DNA from: Gemmatimonadota bacterium
GTDB taxonomy: Bacteria > Gemmatimonadota > Gemmatimonadetes > Gemmatimonadales > GWC2-71-9
Assembly (NCBI GenBank): GCA_039586365.1
Contig: JBDHKN010000119.1
Coordinates: forward strand, 1 to 14,210
Reading direction: 5' to 3'
Length of the DNA stretch: 14,210 bases
Both the position numbers and the translations under genes were made by a program. Each line of letters begins with the position of its first letter. Within the stretch, counting starts at the first letter, position 1. Of this stretch, positions 8,106-14,210 are shown piece after piece. Under the pieces are notes generated by a model. The model ran no database searches, was not told where the DNA came from, and saw only the letters and a list, made by a program, of their open reading frames with translations.

Positions 8106-8129
8106 AACATTATACCACAACAGCTTACG
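8101..8129 (-). promoter_or_regulatory. Imperfect inverted repeat (11-7-11) containing a minus-strand extended -10 element TGGTATAAT
   Basis: The plus strand reads CGTAAAACATT-ATACCAC-AACAGCTTACG; the arms match at 7 of 11 positions (CGTAA....TT). The minus strand reads TG-G-TATAAT at 8117-8109, with only a weak TTCGAT 17 nt upstream. It is an AT-rich island in GC-rich DNA. Confidence 0.45.
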
Positions 8130-8194
8130 ACATCGAACCCGGCCAACACTCATGCGACCTGGCCCCGAAACCAACTGCCTACCGGATTTCCCTG

Positions 8195-8232
8195 CAACCG
8201 TCCGCATGCTCCTGGTTTGGCGGACAGGGTTG
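8195..8232. terminator. GC-rich hairpin just downstream of the sulfatase stop (possible terminator or 3' stabiliser)
   Basis: CAACC-GTCCGC-(14-nt loop)-GCGGAC-AG-GGTTG, 10 nt past the sulfatase stop codon. There is no U-tract. Confidence 0.3.
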
Positions 8233-8242
8233 GCCTCCCCAG

Positions 8243-9739
8243 CTATCTCGGAATTCCCAACGCTTCCAGCACGCGAGCCGACATTTCCGCACGCAGTTCG
8301 CTGACGACGTCCGCCAACCGCGGATCACCGATCAGGTTCTGGGTTTCGTACGGATCCTGTAGCAGATCGTACAACTCGCTTTCCCCGGGATGCTGCATCC
8401 AGTGGATGTACTTGTAGCGCATCGTCCGGATAGCCCGGTAGTCCATGTCGAGCAACCAGGGAAACGGGTTCTCGTAGGTGTAGAATTCCACCAGCACCGA
8501 CCGGCGCCAATCAGCTGCATTGCCCTGTAGCAAGGGCACCAGCGAGCGGCCCTGAATGTGATCCCCAATGGGCATACCTGCGATGTCCAGCACGGTCGGC
8601 GCGATATCCACGGATGCCGCCAGGTCATCGATTTGCCTGCCACCGCCCACCACAGCAGGGAATCGCATGATCAGGGGGGTTCGGATCGACTCCTCGTACG
8701 GGAGCCGTCGTTCTAGCGACAGGCCATGCTCTCCATAGAAGAAACCGTTGTCGCTGGTGAAAAGAATGAAGGTGTTGTCGAGAACGTCCTTGGCCGAGAG
8801 CGCATCTACGATCCGTCCCAGGCCGTCATCCACGGCAAGCAGCATCTCCGCCCGACGCCGGATAGTCTCCTCCCTCGTACCCGGATCGAGCTCTCTCTCA
8901 CCGAACATCTCGACAATCTCGTCGGAGTACTTGTTAGTCAATGCCCTCCGCAACGCCGGCTTGCCGACCAATTCGTCAACGGACGACACGACATTGGCAC
9001 GACGGGGGAACACCTTGTCCTCGTAACGCCCCAAGTGCCGCGGCGCCGGAACGTAGCCCCGCGGAACTGAGAGATCCACCGAGCCGTCGTCGAGCTGGCG
9101 GGCGTCCGGATGAATCGCCTTGTGTCCTATGTAGAGGAAGAACGGCTTGGTGCGCTCGCGTTCGATAAACGCAACCGCTCGATCGGTCAGAACATCTGTG
9201 ATGTAGCCCTCGACCGTATGGATCCTCCCGTCCTCGTACAGCTCTGGATCGATTGTGCGTCCCTGCCCCGGAATGGCCACCCAATAGTCGAAGCCCGGCC
9301 TGGGGGTGGGATCATTACCCATGTGCCACTTACCCAAGAAGGCAGTCTCGTAGCCTCCGCTCTGCAGAGCCCGAGGGAAGGTCTCCAGCCGGTGGCTCAT
9401 CCGATTTCGCGCCACGTTGTCGATGATGCCGTGACGCGACGGGTACTGACCGGTCAGGATACTGGCACGGTTGGGGGAACAGAGCGGCACAGCATGAAAC
9501 GCGTTCGAGAACCAAGCGCCCTCGCTCGCCAACCGGTCGATGCGCGGAGTCTCGAGATACGCGTGGCCTGCCATTCCCAGCTCGTCCCACCGAAGATCAT
9601 CTACGACTATGACGATTATGTTCGGGCGCCGACTCGGATTTACTGAATACTTTGCTGCCTCCTCCGACCCTCGCGGCTGGCACGCAGTGAGAAGCAGGAA
9701 CGCGGCTGTGAGAACGGCTGGGATTATAGGACGGAGCAT
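8243..9739 (-). CDS. Cys-type (formylglycine-dependent) sulfatase, N-acetylglucosamine-6-sulfatase-like, predicted lipoprotein
   Basis: 498 aa with RPNIIVIVVDDLR, the signature LCSPNRASILTGQY (CxPxR), GKWHMG, GFDYW, HKAIH, NTFILFTSDNGFFYGEHG, YEESIRTPL, DIAPT and ELYDLLQDPYETQNL. The N-terminal signal ends in the lipobox LTA-C. Confidence 0.95.
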   Translation of the reverse strand: MLRPIIPAVLTAAFLLLTACQPRGSEEAAKYSVNPSRRPNIIVIVVDDLRWDELGMAGHAYLETPRIDRLASEGAWFSNAFHAVPLCSPNRASILTGQYPSRHGIIDNVARNRMSHRLETFPRALQSGGYETAFLGKWHMGNDPTPRPGFDYWVAIPGQGRTIDPELYEDGRIHTVEGYITDVLTDRAVAFIERERTKPFFLYIGHKAIHPDARQLDDGSVDLSVPRGYVPAPRHLGRYEDKVFPRRANVVSSVDELVGKPALRRALTNKYSDEIVEMFGERELDPGTREETIRRRAEMLLAVDDGLGRIVDALSAKDVLDNTFILFTSDNGFFYGEHGLSLERRLPYEESIRTPLIMRFPAVVGGGRQIDDLAASVDIAPTVLDIAGMPIGDHIQGRSLVPLLQGNAADWRRSVLVEFYTYENPFPWLLDMDYRAIRTMRYKYIHWMQHPGESELYDLLQDPYETQNLIGDPRLADVVSELRAEMSARVLEALGIPR

Positions 9740-9800
9740 GATATCCGTAGCAGCAACAACTGGTCGTGAACCGTATCACAGAACCGTCCCACGCTGAACA

Positions 9801-9818
9801 ACTGAAACGTACTTCAGT
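9801..9818. promoter_or_regulatory. Inverted repeat ACTGAA-N6-TTCAGT in the divergent sulfatase/permease intergenic region (possible operator)
   Basis: Perfect 6-bp arms around ACGTAC, near the middle of the 128-bp region between the two divergent starts. Confidence 0.3.
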
Positions 9819-9867
9819 CCCCAACCGTAGTGGCCTCTAACCACTCTCATTCCCTCAGAGGCTCGGT

Positions 9868-12300
9868 ATGGGCGCTTTCCTCAAGGACTTCCAGCTCGGA
9901 CTACGGGCTCTGGTCACCAGGCCCGCGTCTTCAGCGATCGCGGTTTTGGCGTTTGGGTTAGGTATCGGACTGTGCGCCACGATGTTCAGCATCATCTACG
10001 GCATCTACTTTCGCGGCATTGGGGTGCCCGAGGCTGACCGGTTGACCTTGATATTTCGGACCAATCCCTCGGAAGACATCGAGCGAATGGGGGTCGACCA
10101 GCACGACTTCTACGACTGGCGCGAACAGCAGCAGTCGTTCGTCGGCCTCGCCAGCTTCTCGACCGGCACCATCAACGTGAGTGGAAGCAGCGGCGAACCT
10201 GAACGTTTCGATGGTGCCTTCATCTCAGCCAACCTGTTCGACGTACTGCGGGTGCCACCGGTTCATGGGTCCGGTTTCCGGCAGGGCGACGACGCACCGG
10301 GCGCACCGCTGACCGCCCTGATCGGTTATGGGGTGTGGGTTAGCCGCTATGAGTCGGATCCGGGAGTCATTGGCCGAACGGTCAAGGTGAATGGCGAGCA
10401 GGCCACGATCCTTGGCGTGATGCCTGATGGCTTCAGGTTCCCCGAAGATGAAGAGTTCTGGATTCCGCGCCGCGACGTCCGCGGGGAGAACCCGGAGCGC
10501 GGGGATGGACCGCAGTTTCAGGTTGTCGGTCGACTGAAAGAAGGGATCACTTTCGACCAAGCGGCTCTCGACATGTCGTTGGTCGCCCAGCGCCTGGCAC
10601 AGGAATACCCCGAGTCCAACGAGGGTATCGGCGTGGTCTTCGCTGACTTCATAGACGTAGCCATTGGTGAAGAGGCCGTCCCGGTTTTCGCAGCGATGCA
10701 GCTGGCTACCGTGTTCGTTCTCCTCATCGCCTGCGCCAACGTGGCGAACCTGCTGCTTGCCCGGGCGGCCCTGCGCACCAAGGAAGCCGCGGTCCGGACG
10801 GCACTAGGCGCTAGCAAACTGCGCGTAGCGCTACCGCTCTTCTCAGAAGCAACCGTCCTCTCATTGGGTGGAGCTGCACTAGGAATCGCGATCGCGTTCA
10901 TCGGTGTTGCCCTGTTTGACCGTGCCACAACCGGTCTGGGGAAACCGTATTACATGGAGTTTGCGGTCGACCTTCCCATCCTGGGTTTCGTGGTGGCGGT
11001 AACCGCACTGACTGCCCTGGCATCGGGAGCTCTTCCATCGTTGCAGACTGCCCGGGCCGACGTGAACTCGATACTCAAGGACGAAAACCGCGGTTCGTCG
11101 AGCTTCCGCGCTGGCAGGACCAGTAAGATCTTGGTCGTCGGTGAAGTGGCACTCTCCTGCGCGCTACTAGTCGGTGCAGGTTTGATGACTAAGAGCATCA
11201 CCAAGCTCAATAACTACCAATTCAACTTCGACACCGAACGGATCTTCACCGCACGGGTGGGCATCTTCGAGACCGACTATCCCACTGCGGAGCAGCGCAC
11301 AGCATTCTTCCGAGAGCTCAAGGGACGGCTGGAGACCATCCCGGGGGCCCAGTCGGTGGCATTGACCGACATGCTTCCGGCCGTCTGTTGCTACCGTGGC
11401 CGGTTCGCCATCGAGGGTGAGGTATATACTACGGACCAGGACTACCCACGCTCCAACATGGCCGCCATCTCGACCGACTTCTTCGAGACCTTCGGGGTTA
11501 GCGTCTTGCGGGGCCGAGATTTCACTCTCATGGACGATGCGGACGCCGCAGTAGTGGTACTCGTCAATCAGCGCTTCGCCGAACGGTTCTTCCCAGGGGA
11601 GGATCCCGTGGGCCGCCGGATTCGTGAGGGCACCTCCGACAGTGAGGAGGAATGGAGAACGATCGTCGGGATCGTGCCGAACATGCAAATGCAGGGATTC
11701 GATCCCGAAGAGAATGACCCTGCTGGTTACTACGTACCGCTGGCGCAACGAGACCGGAGGTTCGTGAGCATCGCGCTACAGGTCGCCGGGGGACCGCCAC
11801 TCGGGATCACGCAGGAAGTCCGCAGCGCCGTACGGTCCGTCGACTCGGATCTCCCGATCTACTGGGTCCGCGATATGCCGGAGGTGGTGCGGCTGGAGAC
11901 TTGGATCTACAACGTGTTTGGTACGCTCTTCATCGTCTCTGGAGTCGCAGCGTTGTTCCTGGCTTCGGTGGGTCTCTACGGAGTACTCGCCTTCTCCGTC
12001 AGTCGACGAGTGCAGGAGATGGGGCTCCGCATGGCACTCGGGGCAAAGGCGAGGAACGTTGTCAAGCTCGTGGTACGCGAAGGTGCGGTACAGCTCGGGA
12101 TCGGGCTCACACTGGGGCTCGCCCTGGCGTTTGCGGTGTCCAGAGTCGTGGCACTCATCATGTTCGATGTCGAACCCCATGATCCGGCGGTGTTCGGGGC
12201 CATAGTACTCACCATCGGGCTCGTGGGACTGATGGCCAGCCTGATTCCGGCGCTTCGTGCGACGCGAGTGGATCCGATAGTGGCACTCAGATACGAGTGA
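9868..12300 (+). CDS. ADOP-family duplicated ABC permease (two MacB-periplasmic/FtsX modules)
   Basis: 810 aa with a GAGG SD. It shows the typical ADOP order: KDFQLGLRAL...LAFGLGIG, ILGVMPDGFRFP, VLLIACANVANLLLARAALRTKEAAVRTALGAS, LVVGEVALSCALLVGAGLMTKS, VNQRFAERFFPGEDPVGRRI, LASVGLYGVLAFSVSRRVQEMGLRMALGA and IPALRATRVDPIVALRYE. Confidence 0.95.
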   Translation: MGAFLKDFQLGLRALVTRPASSAIAVLAFGLGIGLCATMFSIIYGIYFRGIGVPEADRLTLIFRTNPSEDIERMGVDQHDFYDWREQQQSFVGLASFSTGTINVSGSSGEPERFDGAFISANLFDVLRVPPVHGSGFRQGDDAPGAPLTALIGYGVWVSRYESDPGVIGRTVKVNGEQATILGVMPDGFRFPEDEEFWIPRRDVRGENPERGDGPQFQVVGRLKEGITFDQAALDMSLVAQRLAQEYPESNEGIGVVFADFIDVAIGEEAVPVFAAMQLATVFVLLIACANVANLLLARAALRTKEAAVRTALGASKLRVALPLFSEATVLSLGGAALGIAIAFIGVALFDRATTGLGKPYYMEFAVDLPILGFVVAVTALTALASGALPSLQTARADVNSILKDENRGSSSFRAGRTSKILVVGEVALSCALLVGAGLMTKSITKLNNYQFNFDTERIFTARVGIFETDYPTAEQRTAFFRELKGRLETIPGAQSVALTDMLPAVCCYRGRFAIEGEVYTTDQDYPRSNMAAISTDFFETFGVSVLRGRDFTLMDDADAAVVVLVNQRFAERFFPGEDPVGRRIREGTSDSEEEWRTIVGIVPNMQMQGFDPEENDPAGYYVPLAQRDRRFVSIALQVAGGPPLGITQEVRSAVRSVDSDLPIYWVRDMPEVVRLETWIYNVFGTLFIVSGVAALFLASVGLYGVLAFSVSRRVQEMGLRMALGAKARNVVKLVVREGAVQLGIGLTLGLALAFAVSRVVALIMFDVEPHDPAVFGAIVLTIGLVGLMASLIPALRATRVDPIVALRYE

Positions 12301-12350
12301 GGTGGAAGGGCGGGAAAGGGCGGGAAAAGGCGGTGAGGGACGGTGAGGCG
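12301..12350 (+). repeat. Five G/purine-rich 10-bp tandem repeats containing a G3 quadruplex motif
   Basis: GGTGGAAGGG/CGGGAAAGGG/CGGGAAAAGG/CGGTGAGGGA/CGGTGAGGCG, starting immediately after the permease TGA. GGG-C-GGG-AAA-GGG-C-GGG lies at 12308-12324. Confidence 0.7.
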
Positions 12351-13688
12351 ATTGAAACCCGCAGTCGTGGTTCCCCGTAGCGGGGCGACGTTTGTCACAT
12401 CGGTGCTGTTCGGTCGCTGCCAGCATTGGGAGTCTCGGGGGATGCGGCCGCCACCCTGCGCAGCGGGCAGTGGGAGGACACCCGTCACACCAAAGCAGTG
12501 GGATGGAATCTCCTGGTGGGGGGAGAGGCAGCTCTGGCTGTAGTCCTGGTCGTGGCCGGTGGCCTGCTCGTCCGCAGTCTCCAGGAAGTGCTCTCGGTCG
12601 AAACGAACTTCCGTCCCGAGGGAGTCCTGACCGTGGCCATGGATTTCACGGCTAACCGATACGAGTCTGCTCAGGCCCGAACGGGCGAGTTAGAAGTGCT
12701 CAAGCGGGAGTTTGAATCGCTCCCCGGGGTCACCGCCGTGGGTTTCGTGAATCACCTCCCTACGGAGGGCACCATGATGACCGGCCCCGTGCTCCCGGTT
12801 CCGGTCCCGGATCTGGACAACATCCCCGAGGCCGACATTCCTCCCAGTTCGGGATGGCGGGTGGTGGACGAAGACTACTTCACCGCGATGGGTATCCCAC
12901 TTCTCCTGGGACGGGCGTTTTCCCGGGAAGATGGACCGGACGCACGTCCTGTGATCATCCTTAACGATGCGCTGGCGAACCAGGTGTTCCCCGGGGCAGA
13001 TCCCACCGGAAGGCTGGTTCAATTCGTCCCCTTCTGGTCGGGAGTGGACCTTACGGTGGTGGGTATAGTGGCTGAGGCACGGGACTGGCGCAGGGAGCCA
13101 GGAACCCAGCTGGAGGGTTTCGTCTACTGGCCGCAACGGCTGAACTACACCCGGTATCTGACGGCCGTAATACGCACGGATGGCAATCCGGCGGCGTTGG
13201 CTGGACCGGCCCGGGAGCGTCTCCGGGCCGTAGCCCCCAACGTCCCGGGTACGATCCACACGCTGAACGCCAGAATCGGGGAGAGTCTCAGGGAACGGAA
13301 GTTCACCCTGACGGTGCTAGGGAGTTTTGCGGTTCTTTCGCTGATCTTGGCAGCAGTGGGAATCTACGGTGTGGTGAGTTATTCAGTCTCCCGCCGCACC
13401 CGGGAGATCGGGATTCGCCTGGCCCTAGGCGCCGCGTCCGGGACCGTGCGACAGACGATCTTTTCCAACTCCATGGGGGTGGTGGCACTCGGCACAGCAG
13501 TGGGCGTCGTGTGTGCTCTCCTCGTAGGAGGCATCATGGAGAGCCTGCTCTACGGCGTGAGTCCACATGATCCTGTAATCTTCACCCTGGCCCCGGCTAT
13601 CCTCCTGGCCACCGCTGCATTGGCCATCTGGCTCCCCGTCTTCCGTTACACGAGGGTCGATCCGCTCCTGACGATGCGGGCGGAGTGA
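12343..13688 (+). pseudogene. 5'-truncated, frameshifted ADOP-family permease (C-terminal half intact as ORF 12426..13688)
   Basis: ORF 12426..13688 begins at the mid-protein linker (DAAATLRSG...WNLLVGGEAALAVVLVVAGGLLVRSL) and ends like an ADOP protein (GIYGVVSYSVSRRTREIGIRLALGA...RVDPLLTMRAE). Upstream, in another frame, is GATFVTSVLFG. Restoring one base at 12415-12416 (GGT C[T]G CTG CCA GCA TTG) gives ...TSVLFGLLPALGVSG, the usual last TM helix of the first half. The rest of the N-terminal half is absent. Confidence 0.8.
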
Positions 13689-13698
13689 GATCTCGGCG

Positions 13699-13828
13699 CT
13701 GAGCGGACGAGCGAGAAACGCCGTTTCGTCCGGTCAGTGAGGGTGTTCGAACACCCTCCGATCCGCTGATTTGCAGCAGCGTCCGCGGTGGTCATGTTGG
13801 GCTCAAGCCCGTCACCACTCCGCCTTTT
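13699..13828. terminator. Cluster of three stem-loops between convergent genes (possible bidirectional terminator or structured RNA)
   Basis: CTGA-G-CGGACGA...TCGTCCG-G-TCAG (13699-13737); perfect 20-bp palindrome GAGGGTGTTCGAACACCCTC (13739-13758); GCGG-TGGT..GGGC-TCAA-GCCC..ACCA-CT-CCGC followed by CTTTT (about 13785-13828). Confidence 0.45.
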
Positions 13829-13833
13829 AGGCC

Positions 13834-14210
13834 TCACCGGGCCGGTTCAATCTCCACTGTTATGTCTCTCCACCTGCCCTGGTGGAACCGGACCATACTC
13901 AGAACCGCCCGCGTCAGGTGTCCGAGCACGATCGCGAGCCAGATGTCTCCGGGATGCAGCCCCCGCACCCCCTGGATGACCGCGCACATCCCGAGGGGTA
14001 CTGCTACCTGCGACACGAGGGAGATGTAGAGCGGGCTCCGCGTGTCACCGGTACCCTGTAGCCCTCCGGTGTACGAGAGTGCAACCGTAATGAAGAGACC
14101 TGACACGCTCAAAGAGGCCAACAACGCCACCCCCAGACTCACGACTGCCGGATCGTCCATGCCAAAGAGCCCCAGCAGCGCACGGGGGATCAAGAGGAAA
14201 AGCAGGCCAA
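13834..14210 (-). CDS. MATE-family efflux transporter/flippase, C-terminal part (gene starts beyond the right edge)
   Basis: The frame is open to the window edge: GLLFLLIPRALLGLFGMDDPAVVSLG...YTGGLQGTGDTRSPLYISLVSQVAVPLG...DIWLAIVLGHLTRAVLSMVRFHQGRWR. GxLQGxGDTRxP, IWLA and RFxxGRW are typical of the MATE C-terminal half. Confidence 0.9.
   Translation of the reverse strand, partial: GLLFLLIPRALLGLFGMDDPAVVSLGVALLASLSVSGLFITVALSYTGGLQGTGDTRSPLYISLVSQVAVPLGMCAVIQGVRGLHPGDIWLAIVLGHLTRAVLSMVRFHQGRWRDITVEIEPAR

Noticed and set aside
7682..8362. 226-aa plus-strand ORF (RGEAH repeats) and 85-aa minus-strand ORF 7785..8042 (ELPH repeats) as genes
   Set aside because: They stay open largely because the 21-nt period repeats stop-free codons. 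Unit-to-unit variation in these frames is mostly non-synonymous, and the longer ORF overlaps the sulfatase 3' end.
13694..13737. Hammerhead ribozyme (CTGA...GAAA seen)
   Set aside because: The core reads CTGAGCG rather than CUGANGA, and the possible stems do not give the three-way hammerhead topology.
164..13979. Numerous antisense or overlapping ORFs in the track (for example 231..782, 1311..1928, 2394..3293, 9110..9646, 11167..11748, 11776..12426, 12690..13259)
   Set aside because: They are shadow frames of well-supported genes in GC-rich DNA and show no recognisable motifs.
1..14210. Transposase, integrase, phage, tRNA or rRNA genes
   Set aside because: I recognised no such motifs or structures anywhere in the window.

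Overview
GC-rich bacterial window; the ADOP-type orphan permeases and Tat-exported M24 protein suggest Gemmatimonadota or Acidobacteriota, by inference. The left part is a minus-strand poly-gamma-glutamate operon (pgsB-pgsC-pgsW; pgsW runs off the window edge and is missing from the ORF track), preceded on the same strand by a large secreted S8 peptidase with divergent catalytic motifs. The middle holds a Tat/lipoprotein M24-fold protein lacking several canonical metal ligands and a convergent lipoprotein Cys-type sulfatase. Between these two genes lies an unexplained array of 13 phased 21-bp repeats, bounded by a 29-bp imperfect inverted repeat that contains a perfect extended -10 element (TGnTATAAT) pointing into the array. 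The right part has an intact ADOP (MacB/FtsX duplicated) permease, a G-rich 10-bp repeat, a 5'-truncated and frameshifted second ADOP permease, a hairpin-dense intergenic region and the 3' end of a MATE transporter. The 21-bp array with its flanking site is the best candidate for an undescribed element.
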